Source: a virus
Lineage: Duplodnaviria; Caudoviricetes
Strand: one strand, 5' to 3'
DNA: 26,990 nt
IMG/VR virus record: IMGVR_UViG_3300040971_000359
Coordinates: 1 to 26,990 of that record
Shown here: in pieces, positions 16,374 to 24,673 of the stretch
How positions within the stretch are numbered: position 1 is the first letter of the stretch
Layout: each line of letters opens with the position of its first letter
Made by a program: the position numbers and the translations under genes
Notes under the pieces: generated by a model
What the model saw: only the letters and a program-made list of their open reading frames with translations
Database searches by the model: none
Told to the model about the DNA's origin: nothing

Positions 16374-16813
16374 TCCACCCCGGCGCTGTCCTGCCGCTTT
16401 TTCAGATCGGTGATCAGCACATGCAGGGCTTGGCTGTCGGTCAACCACTCGAACCGCTCCACCCCGAATTGCCGCTTGCAGCGGGCATGCAGCTTATCAA
16501 TGCCGTAGCCCAGGGAGTTCCACATGGCCAGGACCTTGCGCTGCTGCTTAGCGGTCGGCCCCGGATTGATGACGACAAAGTTGCCGTCCCGCCGTTTCGT
16601 CCTGGGCGCGGCGGCGGTGGCCTTCTTCGGCTTCCATCCTTTGGCCTTAAAATGCTCAAGGAGCTGCTCGGCCTGGTGGACGGTGAGCTCCTTGGCGCTC
16701 TGGACGCCTTCAAAGTTCAGGCTGAGGATATCGCGGTAGACATCGTCGGTCAGTTGCAGATCTTTCTTGGCGATGTGGATCTTGGCCAGCTGGGCCATAG
16801 TTGGCGGCATCAT
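16370..16813 (-). CDS. gemA: GemA (Mu gp16) family regulatory protein
   Basis: LAKIHIAKKDLQLTDDVYRDIL...SAKELT...KVLAMW...EWLT...LITDLKK. Confidence 0.88.
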   Translation of the reverse strand: MMPPTMAQLAKIHIAKKDLQLTDDVYRDILSLNFEGVQSAKELTVHQAEQLLEHFKAKGWKPKKATAAAPRTKRRDGNFVVINPGPTAKQQRKVLAMWNSLGYGIDKLHARCKRQFGVERFEWLTDSQALHVLITDLKKRQDSAGVE

Positions 16814-16986
16814 GACACCCCGACTTTCTTGCAATGTTCATCCGTCCAACCCAGCCCGCCACTGAAAAGCTGCGCGGTGCAGGACGGACATAGGCTCTCT
16901 TCAAGCGACACCTCGACTCCGCAGCCGCCACAAGGCCAGGGCTTTTCGGTAGACTCTTCCTTTTTTGCAACGTCATTTGAGGGCAT
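16810..16986 (-). CDS. Small zinc-ribbon protein (58 aa)
   Basis: Not in track; MPSNDVAKKEESTEKPWPCGGCGVEVSLEESLCPSCTAQLF...; TGATG and ATGA overlaps with neighbours. Confidence 0.65.
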   Translation of the reverse strand: MPSNDVAKKEESTEKPWPCGGCGVEVSLEESLCPSCTAQLFSGGLGWTDEHCKKVGVS

Positions 16987-17543
16987 CAGTCCATCCCCTT
17001 AATAATCGTTGGGATCCTGGTCAAATTACCGGTATCGGCTGCCGGGCCATGCTCGGCGTCCCACGCCCGCCGGGCCTTCTCCAGAGGGTCGAGCAATAAC
17101 AAATCGGCCGGTCTGGTCCTGGCATGTGTTATTGCTGCGTCTTTCTTGGTTTCAGTCTGGCGATTGGTCTGATCGGCCAGGTCGTAAGCGACCTTGCTCA
17201 GATAGGTATGATTCGGCAGAGGCAGGGTCAGTCCGGTCCGGCGCTCAACCATTTGCTCCATGGCCTGCGCCCAGATCCGCGCCGGGCAATCGCGATCAAT
17301 GCGGCCCTGGACATGGACAAAGCCTTTGCCGGTGAGCTCCTCGATTTCGAGGGCCAGGCGCAGCGCCTTCTTCCAGGTGAGCGACTGCTTGCCGGGGCGG
17401 AAGAGAGAGAGGTAGCCTAAAGCCGCTTTCGGCAGCGGCGCGGGCAGACGGCTTATCACCAGCAGCGTCTCCCGGCAGTTGGCATCGTTGTTCCAGATTT
17501 CAGCGCTGGCTATGGCCCCGCATGATGGGCAGATCATTTTCAT
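16986..17543 (-). CDS. Conserved Mu-like phage early protein (N-terminal CPSC)
   Basis: MKMICPSCGA...YLSLFRPGKQSLTWKK...LTLPLPNHTYL; TAATG coupling at 17543. Confidence 0.8.
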   Translation of the reverse strand: MKMICPSCGAIASAEIWNNDANCRETLLVISRLPAPLPKAALGYLSLFRPGKQSLTWKKALRLALEIEELTGKGFVHVQGRIDRDCPARIWAQAMEQMVERRTGLTLPLPNHTYLSKVAYDLADQTNRQTETKKDAAITHARTRPADLLLLDPLEKARRAWDAEHGPAADTGNLTRIPTIIKGMD

Positions 17544-17716
17544 TATATCTTCTTCCATTGGCAGATTTTTCCGGTACGCCAATCGCGACACCAGTCGCCC
17601 CGCGCCTTCCGACACCACTCAACAGGGCATCCGGATCCGGACGGCCTGGCGATACAGCCTGGCAATACGACCGGCACTTCCTGTTTTCCGCCCTTTACGA
17701 TTCTGTTCTTGTCCAT
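17543..17716 (-). CDS. Small basic Cys/Trp-rich protein (57 aa)
   Basis: GGAGG SD before ATG 17716, immediately after the hammerhead. Confidence 0.6.
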   Translation of the reverse strand: MDKNRIVKGGKQEVPVVLPGCIARPSGSGCPVEWCRKARGDWCRDWRTGKICQWKKI

Positions 17717-17728
17717 CCTTTCCTCCGT

Positions 17729-17790
17729 ATGGCTGCTCATCAGATCGGCGGAACCACCCGCCGATGACCCCGGCGCGCCGGGGTTTCGCA
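17729..17790 (-). ncRNA. Type II hammerhead ribozyme
   Basis: UGC-GAAA-CCCCGG(CGCG)CCGGGG-UC^-AUCGGCGG(GUGGUU)CCGCCGAU-CUGAUGA-GCA-GCCAU; intact core, three stems, tail/loop-I pseudoknot. Confidence 0.9.
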
Positions 17791-17791
17791 T

Positions 17792-18037
17792 TTAATCTAA
17801 GTAAGTCAAGAAATCCCATTCATGCAGATTTCCAGCAATATCTTCGCTACCAGGAACAGACAGTTCTTCCCCTGGAGTAAGTTTGTTTCCGGCTATTTTT
17901 TCCCTTAAATACATACCTATGTTTTTTTTGATTTCCTCAATGGTCGTGTTTACCTTCACGCCCTCAAGTAGTTCATTTATATCCACCTCAATCTTAAAAC
18001 TGACCGTAACCGTTAAGTGTTTTATTGATTTTCTCAT
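17792..18037 (-). CDS. Hypothetical AT-rich protein (81 aa)
   Basis: GGGAG SD; visibly more AT-rich than flanks. Confidence 0.7.
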   Translation of the reverse strand: MRKSIKHLTVTVSFKIEVDINELLEGVKVNTTIEEIKKNIGMYLREKIAGNKLTPGEELSVPGSEDIAGNLHEWDFLTYLD

Positions 18038-18066
18038 TTTTCAACTCTCCCGTTTCGCTTTTAATT

Positions 18067-18315
18067 TCAAGAGGCCTTTGGTTCCGGGTAATCGCAGCGG
18101 GCGAATTTTCCGCGGTCATCTTCGTGCAACCCCTCATAAAATCCACAGACAACGGAAGAAGAAAGGGGCCTGTCCCCAGCCCTTCCGGGGGCTGTCCCCT
18201 TTCTTCTCAGCTCTTTTGTCAGGCACATGCCGCCACCAAGCGGGCACTCCGCCATCACTCCATCAACCCTGTTAACCGCCCGTCGCAGCATTTTTTTTAG
18301 GCCCCCGTCCTTCAA
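18067..18315 (-). CDS. Hypothetical Cys-containing protein (start uncertain)
   Basis: Fills gap in early operon; TTG start or later ATG; contains palindromic segment. Confidence 0.45.
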   Translation of the reverse strand: MKDGGLKKMLRRAVNRVDGVMAECPLGGGMCLTKELRRKGTAPGRAGDRPLSSSVVCGFYEGLHEDDRGKFARCDYPEPKAS

Positions 18316-18326
18316 TAATTAAGAAA

Positions 18327-18485
18327 TCAGTCAACCGGTTCGAAATCGTCAGGCGTAAGAATCGCGAAAAATTCATTCAGGCATAACCGGCAACAAAAAT
18401 TGAGCTCGATGCCATCCTCCTCCGCATTCTTATCGACATTCAACTGGTGGAGTTCCACTTGGCCTTTACATCCTGGACATTCCAT
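18327..18485 (-). CDS. Small acidic zinc-ribbon protein (52 aa)
   Basis: Not in track; GAGGAGGT SD; MECPGCKGQVELHQLNVDKNAEEDGIELNFCCRLCLNEFFAILTPDDFEPVD. Confidence 0.7.
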   Translation of the reverse strand: MECPGCKGQVELHQLNVDKNAEEDGIELNFCCRLCLNEFFAILTPDDFEPVD

Positions 18486-18488
18486 CAC

Positions 18489-18914
18489 TCACACCTCCTC
18501 ATTCGTAAATTCATCGTCAGAACCTTCCTCAAAGTCCTTCAAATAACCGGCATTCCGCAATTCATCTTCCGCCGTAACCACCATCTCCATCCACACCTGG
18601 CCGCGCTTGACGCAGCACTCCGCCAACCGGAGGATGATCACGGTCTCCTCGCCGTTGAAATTCGGCCATTCCTCCAGATTGCGGTTGATGGCATGGCCCA
18701 GTGAGCCGATGGCGTTCATCATGTCCTGGCGGGCGCTCTCTCTGACATCCAGCTCCGGCCGTTCCATCTGCATGATGCAGACCGCCTTCTTCCGGATCTT
18801 GCCGAGGTCCTCCACCAGTTCCTGCTGTCCGGCCAGGGCCAGCTCCCCGTGGAGATCACTGACGATCTCCAGTATCTGCCTTGCTGCTTCGTGTACTTGA
18901 TTGGGCGTGCACAT
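18489..18914 (-). CDS. Hypothetical helical protein with acidic tail (141 aa)
   Basis: GGAGG SD; in early operon. Confidence 0.75.
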   Translation of the reverse strand: MCTPNQVHEAARQILEIVSDLHGELALAGQQELVEDLGKIRKKAVCIMQMERPELDVRESARQDMMNAIGSLGHAINRNLEEWPNFNGEETVIILRLAECCVKRGQVWMEMVVTAEDELRNAGYLKDFEEGSDDEFTNEEV

Positions 18915-18953
18915 TTTTTGTTCCTCCGTTATTGAATTCGTAATTGATCCAGG

Positions 18954-19742
18954 TCACACTCCCGAAAAATCCAGGCTGATCTGATTATAATTGCCCTCGT
19001 CATCCCGCTCATAGATGCGGTAGTAGGTGCTTGAGCCAACCACCGTCACCGCATCGGCGATCGCATCCATGGCCTGCTTCCAGATTGGGTGCTCGATCTT
19101 CAGGGCGCGCAGGGAGAGGATGCGCTTGGCATTGATCCGGCCCTTTTTGTCCACCTGGAAGGCGCTCTCAATCAGGGTCCGCAGCTCCGGCCCGGAATCC
19201 TTGCTCCACTCCCGGAGGCAGGCGTCCACCAGCTCTTTTGCGGCCTGCAACCGCTCGTCAAAGTCGAGCCGCTCGCTGACCGCCCGCAGCACCTTGTACC
19301 GGCCGTCGAAGGAGGTAAGCGACAGGTTGCCGCGCGCCCCGCCCAGGTCCGCCCCGTACCGTTCGGCGGATAATTCCAGAAAGGCCTGCATATCGCCGGC
19401 CAACTGCTGTTTGAATTGGTCGAGCACATCGTTCACCTCGCCGGCCTTGGCGACGACGCCTTTGACAAACTCGTCGCGGGCCAGGTCGATGTCTTTGATG
19501 CTCTCGATCGGCACCAGATGGCCGATGCCGTTCACCATGTAACCGCTTGGCACTTCCTTCATATTCATGAGCTTCCCTCCGTAGACTTCCATTACTTTTT
19601 GAGCTATCCCGGCAGTATCACCGGGATAGATACCGGCCACCGTCTGCGAGATGGTGGCCGGACTGTAACCGAGCTTTATGGCAACTTTCGACTGGCTTCC
19701 CTCGACAAGGATCGCCCGCCGCAACAGCTTACGCCAGTCCAT
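18954..19742 (-). CDS. HTH-DUF3164 family protein (internal start at 19568 likely)
   Basis: N-terminal HTH (SQSKVAIKLGYSPATISQ) then GHLVPIESIKDIDLARD...GNLSLTSFDG...AFQVDKKGRIN...W..AMDAIADA. Confidence 0.85.
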   Translation of the reverse strand: MDWRKLLRRAILVEGSQSKVAIKLGYSPATISQTVAGIYPGDTAGIAQKVMEVYGGKLMNMKEVPSGYMVNGIGHLVPIESIKDIDLARDEFVKGVVAKAGEVNDVLDQFKQQLAGDMQAFLELSAERYGADLGGARGNLSLTSFDGRYKVLRAVSERLDFDERLQAAKELVDACLREWSKDSGPELRTLIESAFQVDKKGRINAKRILSLRALKIEHPIWKQAMDAIADAVTVVGSSTYYRIYERDDEGNYNQISLDFSGV

Positions 19743-19965
19743 GGTGTTGCCCCCGAGGATGCTGCTGGGCCAGGCGATAGCACAGCTTCCGCACGGTCTT
19801 GGTGGTGTTCTCGGCGGCCAGCGCCGTGATCAGCAGAGCATGGTCATCCCTGCCGTCACAGCTCTCGACCAGTGCCTGTAGGGCGGCGAGCTGGGCCTTG
19901 GCGTCATTCCGGTAGTTGGCAATGATGCTGTCGGTTATGCTGTCTTTATCTTTTCCGTTTTTCAT
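19729..19965 (-). CDS. Hypothetical protein (78 aa)
   Basis: GGAGG SD; starts directly after upstream stop. Confidence 0.65.
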   Translation of the reverse strand: MKNGKDKDSITDSIIANYRNDAKAQLAALQALVESCDGRDDHALLITALAAENTTKTVRKLCYRLAQQHPRGQHHGLA

Positions 19966-20523
19966 CTATTCTTCCTCCATGGTTTGCAGTAATTGTCTGA
20001 CCTCGCCCAGGGCAGCGCTGATGCTGTCGAGCCTGGCCAGGGCCTTTTTCTTCTTTAAGCGGATATTGCGCAGTCTTTCCGCCTTGTCGCTATCCTGCGG
20101 CATCTCGGCGAGATCGTTGATCAGCACCCACAGGCCGGGCTGACCGGGTTCCTGAATTTTGCGGGCCACTTCCCGCTTGACCAGGAGCTGCAACCATTCG
20201 CGGGCATAATCCTGGCCGACATCGGCCATCTCCATCAGGTCGTCAACCGTCACCCGGCGCCGCATTTTGAACAGCCGCCACATAATCTCGCATTTATCCG
20301 GCTGTCCGGCGGCGGGGGCCGGGGCATAAACACCCTGGCGCACCCTGACTATCTTGCCGCTGCGGGCCAGATCGTAAAGCGCATTGAGCAGGCGTTTATG
20401 GTCTTTGTAGGTCTGTAAATGGAGCAGGCAGGACAGTTTATTTACTTCAACCTCTCCGCCGCCGCTCTTGGCCGCTGCCTGCAGGGCGTCGCTCACTGTT
20501 TTGGCAAATGATTGATGAGCCAT
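19966..20523 (-). CDS. Winged-helix DNA-binding protein downstream of MuB
   Basis: LARSGKIVRVRQGVY and second HTH-like block; typical Mu-like position. Confidence 0.72.
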   Translation of the reverse strand: MAHQSFAKTVSDALQAAAKSGGGEVEVNKLSCLLHLQTYKDHKRLLNALYDLARSGKIVRVRQGVYAPAPAAGQPDKCEIMWRLFKMRRRVTVDDLMEMADVGQDYAREWLQLLVKREVARKIQEPGQPGLWVLINDLAEMPQDSDKAERLRNIRLKKKKALARLDSISAALGEVRQLLQTMEEE

Positions 20524-20525
20524 GG

Positions 20526-21245
20526 TTATCCCCTCAAACTCTGTTTAATGGCCACCTTGACCATGCTTATATCCGGCTCGCTCTTGCCCCTGGCATTCAT
20601 GATATTGACCAGGGATATCAAGTCCCGCTTGATCACCCGAAAACAGCCGCCTGCCTGGCCGTGCAACATCTCCGCCACATCGGTCGGCAGTTCGAGTCCG
20701 GCCGCTTCCCTGGCAAACATCACCACATCGCCAACCCCCAGCGCCTCGAACTCCAGGAGCTGGAAGGTCCGGTTCCAGATCCGCGTCACCTGCTGCATAT
20801 GGCTCTGCAGCTCGTCCTCGCCGACCAGCACAAAAGGGGCCGCCGACAGGTCGGAGAGATCGCGGACCAGCTCCAGGTGCAGCCGGGGAAGTTTCTCAAT
20901 TTCCTCGATAAAAACAGGCCGTCCGCCCTGGGCGTTCAGGGCATCCATGACCGCCAGAAAGGCCGGGTCCTTGCGATGGGCCACCTTCTTGACGCCCAGC
21001 TCACGGCCCAGCGCCTGCAGGAAGCCCAGCTCCGACTGCCGCCAGATAGTGAGGCAGCGGACGAAGGCGCAGCGGTTATTGGCCGCATACCACTGGGCTG
21101 TCCGTGTCTTGCCGCGACCGGCCGGGCCGATCACCGCCGCCAGACGGCCTTCGCCGGCCGACATCATCAGGGCCTCAATCATCGCCTGAAAATTGCGGAC
21201 ATTCTTTACATTGACAAACTTCGGGAAAAATCGTATTTCTGGCAT
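20526..21245 (-). CDS. MuB-like AAA+ transposition ATPase
   Basis: Walker A GPAGRGKT, Walker B VFIEEIE, VRDLSD, LVGE; directly after transposase. Confidence 0.9.
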   Translation of the reverse strand: MPEIRFFPKFVNVKNVRNFQAMIEALMMSAGEGRLAAVIGPAGRGKTRTAQWYAANNRCAFVRCLTIWRQSELGFLQALGRELGVKKVAHRKDPAFLAVMDALNAQGGRPVFIEEIEKLPRLHLELVRDLSDLSAAPFVLVGEDELQSHMQQVTRIWNRTFQLLEFEALGVGDVVMFAREAAGLELPTDVAEMLHGQAGGCFRVIKRDLISLVNIMNARGKSEPDISMVKVAIKQSLRG

Positions 21246-21284
21246 TACTTTTCATCAACCTCCATGGGCTAAAGAGTTCTGGGG

Positions 21285-23507
21285 TTACCCGGCAACCGCT
21301 TCCTCGGTTGCCGGGTTTTTTTGTCTATAAAGGAGGGCCAGCGCTGCCCGTTGGCCCTCCCAGTATTCGCGTTCAAATTCGGGCATCATCTGCTCATAGA
21401 CCCGAAGAAACTGCCGCCAGTCTGCGGTCAGCTCTTCGCCGCCCATCTCCATTTCCAGCAGTTTGCCATAGCGGTCAGCCTCACTCAGATCTTCCAGATC
21501 GGCGCTGAGCTGGGCAGCCTCCATCTCGCGTTGATACCGCTGGCCCTCGTCGGCTTCTTTCAAGACCTGTTGCAACTCTTCATTGCTGAGCCTTGCCGGC
21601 TTACTTGGCAGCAGCCTGACGTTGTTTCCTTTGCCGCCGTTACCGCCGGGCAGCAGCTTCTGCCCGGCAGGCGCGCCGAAACCGGCATCCGCTATCAGGC
21701 GCTGCGCCTCGGGGATAACGAACTCGGCAGCCATAGCCTTGGCATGGGAGACGGTTTGCTTCCGTAGGCTGCCTATCATTTCCAGTTGCGTTTCCAGCAG
21801 GGCGATATCCGCCTTGCTGCCGAGGATCCGGGCAGCAGGATGCACCTTGGCCGCCCGTGACGCCTCGCAGATAAACTCGTCGGTGCGCTGGTCATAGATC
21901 AAAACGGAATCCTGTTCCTGCATATCGTAGCGCACAAAAACCTTATGGTTCCGGCCGTACAGCGCCGGGTGGTAGTACCATTCGCCCTTGTCGTAAACCT
22001 TGACGCCGCGGCCGTAGACCTTGCGTTCTTCTTTTTTCATCATCAGGACGCGCAGGGCGATGGGATCCACTCCGGGGCCGCGCCCGGCATCAAACAGCTC
22101 CTGGGGGCACAGCCCGGCCAGATGGCTGTTTGGTCCCTGCGGGCGGGCGGCGTAGACGTCAAACCAGGCGGCTATGGCCCGGTGACTGTCGATCAGGGTC
22201 GGCACAAAGCCGCCGGTGATCTTGTCGTTGATGCTCCGGTGCAGCTTCTCGCCTCGGTTCAGATGGGCCGGTTTGCTGTCGATGGCCGTGCCGATAAAGG
22301 ACGGCGCCATCCGCTCCAGCTCCGCGAATGTTCCGAAAAATCGCTCAATGGTCTTGGACTGGCCGTGATAGGGCTTGGCGATAATAAGATTGATGCCGAG
22401 CCGTTTGTATAAGCCGGGCAGCTCGGTCTGCTCGAAGTCGGTACCGGTGAAGTAATGACCCTTGAAGGCGCGGCCGTTGTCCAGGTAGACAATCTTCGGC
22501 ACCATCCCTAAGCGGATAATCGACCGGCGCAGGGCGGCGGAGATGGAGGCGGTATTCTCTGTCGGCAGGATCTCCCAGCCGCACGGCATCGAGGATTTCA
22601 TATCGAAGAACAGCACCAGCATCATGCGCTGTGGCTTGCCGGTCCAGGGGTTGATAATCAGGAAATTAAGGACATGACCGTCGGCCACCAGGATGTCGCC
22701 GACGTTGATCTTCTCGTAATCACGCTCAGTCCAGAACAGGCAATTGTCGTTCAGGCCCTTGTCGCCTTCCCGCCACCAGGTCCATTCGTCATAGTTGACC
22801 GCCACCCAGTCATCGAGAAAGCGGCGATACGTGGCGTCAGAGAGATCATCAATCCCTTTGCCCCGCATGACATTGCGAGAAAAGCGGATAATCTCACTCT
22901 TCGGCAGGCTCTTCCCTTTGGGCTGGCGGACAAAGGCCAGAATAATCTGCGCCTGCAGCGGCGTGATACTCCGCTCTCCCTTCTTTTTGCCGCGCCGATC
23001 CGCCAGCTGGAGGCTGTCGCCGCAGGTCTTTTTCAAAATGTTCTTCCAGCTTTCGACGGTCTTCCAGCTCAGTTCGCCCAGCTCTTTATACAGATCAGGC
23101 CAGGCGGCTCCGCTGTTATAGGCTGCCATGAAGTTGTCGCGGGCCTGTTCTTTATGGCCCCAGGTGGCGGCTGAGATGGCCTGCATATACAACCTCACCA
23201 GCGAGGCCTTGAGATTGGCCTTCCCCGCCTGGGCGGCGCCGACGATGCCGTTGCCGATGATGGCGGGGTGGTTGGCCGAGCCATTCACCGGCACCAGGGC
23301 GTTGATCTCTTCCTGACCGAGGATGGCCTGGCGGATCGCATCCGGCAGCAGGTAGGCGCGGTACATCTTGATTTGTCCGCCACGCTCTGATTGCCAATAA
23401 AAAGACCAGTTCTCCCGGTCTGCCTTACGGTAAATGCCGTTTGCGGTTCCTGGCAATACCGGCAGTTGCAGGGCTGCCAGCTCTTTTACTGAATAGGCTG
23501 CTTTCAT
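21285..23507 (-). CDS. MuA-like DDE transposase
   Basis: N-terminal Mu DNA-binding domain (YSVKELAAL..LPGT..GIYRKADRENW); DDE triad VADGH / YLDNGRAF / KTIERFF; VRYDMQE C-terminal domain. Confidence 0.95.
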   Translation of the reverse strand: MKAAYSVKELAALQLPVLPGTANGIYRKADRENWSFYWQSERGGQIKMYRAYLLPDAIRQAILGQEEINALVPVNGSANHPAIIGNGIVGAAQAGKANLKASLVRLYMQAISAATWGHKEQARDNFMAAYNSGAAWPDLYKELGELSWKTVESWKNILKKTCGDSLQLADRRGKKKGERSITPLQAQIILAFVRQPKGKSLPKSEIIRFSRNVMRGKGIDDLSDATYRRFLDDWVAVNYDEWTWWREGDKGLNDNCLFWTERDYEKINVGDILVADGHVLNFLIINPWTGKPQRMMLVLFFDMKSSMPCGWEILPTENTASISAALRRSIIRLGMVPKIVYLDNGRAFKGHYFTGTDFEQTELPGLYKRLGINLIIAKPYHGQSKTIERFFGTFAELERMAPSFIGTAIDSKPAHLNRGEKLHRSINDKITGGFVPTLIDSHRAIAAWFDVYAARPQGPNSHLAGLCPQELFDAGRGPGVDPIALRVLMMKKEERKVYGRGVKVYDKGEWYYHPALYGRNHKVFVRYDMQEQDSVLIYDQRTDEFICEASRAAKVHPAARILGSKADIALLETQLEMIGSLRKQTVSHAKAMAAEFVIPEAQRLIADAGFGAPAGQKLLPGGNGGKGNNVRLLPSKPARLSNEELQQVLKEADEGQRYQREMEAAQLSADLEDLSEADRYGKLLEMEMGGEELTADWRQFLRVYEQMMPEFEREYWEGQRAALALLYRQKNPATEEAVAG
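21287..21322 (+). terminator. Antisense-oriented intrinsic terminator within 3' end of MuA
   Basis: ACCCGGCAACCG-CTTCCT-CGGTTGCCGGGT followed by T run on plus strand. Confidence 0.7.
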
Positions 23508-23510
23508 GGC

Positions 23511-24410
23511 TTAACCCCGCAAATGCTTTTCATCTTGCAGGATTGTTTTCAGTTCCTCATCCATCGCCTTGATGGTCTCGAATGGGCCGCTGTGTTTCTT
23601 CCAGCCCGTTCCTCCGTGCTCCTTGACGGTCATACTGGAGCGGTCCGTGCGGAACAGGCGGTATCCAGCCCGAAGCAGTTTAAGGGTATCGTCCGAGCCG
23701 CCATGAAAGGCCGCTCCCTCTATTAAATCGCCATCCTCGGCCAGGTCGGCCCGCAGTTGGTCCAGGGTATTAATGATAAAGCCGCGCGAGGTGTATTTAT
23801 AGTTGGAATTTCGCTCTATCAGGATCTGCTCGGAGAACTTTTCAAAAGCCTCGGTGAAGTCAACTCTTGCCGTCTGGCTCACTTTCTTCTGTGCCTGGCG
23901 GACGGTCTTGGTGATCTTGTCGCCGAGATATTCCTTGACTGTTTTACTGACATGACTGGCGGTCACCTTGCCGTTTGGTGCCGAAGCGGAGGCTTCTTGC
24001 CAGATTGCTGTTATCTTTTCAGGTTGATTTTTAAATCTTGTTAGCGGTCGAACCTGAGCCTCATTCAGAGGTAATTTTCTTTCCGGCGAGTCTTCTTCCA
24101 AATCTCCGCAATTTGCGGACGTTTGGTTTTCACACTGTAATTGCAAGTGGCCATATACCCCCGCCGCATCTATTAACTGGTACGCGCTGGTCTTTGACAT
24201 ATCCCACAGCTCTTTACAGTATCGCTCGAAGGTCCGACCCTCTTTGTTGCGATAAAGACGCAAGTTATTGATCTCAGCTAACGCCTGGCCGACCCGATAA
24301 AAGGCGGCAAAATCTTTGATTATAGTATGCTCATACTCGGCCAGCATCATCGCTTCTCTGGCTGTCAAAGGTTTTTCTATCACTTCTAATTTAATTGTCT
24401 CTTTACTCAT
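23511..24410 (-). CDS. Putative DNA-binding protein (DUF3102-like N-terminus)
   Basis: FYRVGQALAEI..LRLYR...TFERYCKELWDMSKTSAYQLI, NEAQVRPL; lies between Ner-like gene and MuA. Confidence 0.7.
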   Translation of the reverse strand: MSKETIKLEVIEKPLTAREAMMLAEYEHTIIKDFAAFYRVGQALAEINNLRLYRNKEGRTFERYCKELWDMSKTSAYQLIDAAGVYGHLQLQCENQTSANCGDLEEDSPERKLPLNEAQVRPLTRFKNQPEKITAIWQEASASAPNGKVTASHVSKTVKEYLGDKITKTVRQAQKKVSQTARVDFTEAFEKFSEQILIERNSNYKYTSRGFIINTLDQLRADLAEDGDLIEGAAFHGGSDDTLKLLRAGYRLFRTDRSSMTVKEHGGTGWKKHSGPFETIKAMDEELKTILQDEKHLRG

Positions 24411-24673
24411 CTCTTGACGCTCCTTGCCTTACGTTTAACTTTTTTAGCCTTCATATCTTCCGGCAAATCCAGGTACTCAACCGGACACCCTTTATCTTTC
24501 AGATACTGCAGCACGCGCCTATTGTTTTGCCGCCCGGCCAGAGTGTTGGCCACCAGGCTGTGACTCTTCATGCGCAAGGCTTTCAGAACATCCACACTGC
24601 GGATATCGTGGGTCAGCATCCAGATTCTCACCTGCCTTCTGACCTCCTTTGTCTTTTCAATCCGACTATTCAT
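24407..24673 (-). CDS. Ner/Cro-like HTH regulator (88 aa)
   Basis: VRIWMLTHDIRSVDVLKAL...LVANTLAGRQNNRRVLQYL..KGCP; GGAG SD; start overlaps upstream stop. Confidence 0.7.
   Translation of the reverse strand: MNSRIEKTKEVRRQVRIWMLTHDIRSVDVLKALRMKSHSLVANTLAGRQNNRRVLQYLKDKGCPVEYLDLPEDMKAKKVKRKARSVKR

Noticed and set aside
17619-17819. ORFs spanning the hammerhead (17619-17819; start of 17543-17791)
   Set aside because: Region is better explained as a ribozyme followed by SD and ATG 17716.
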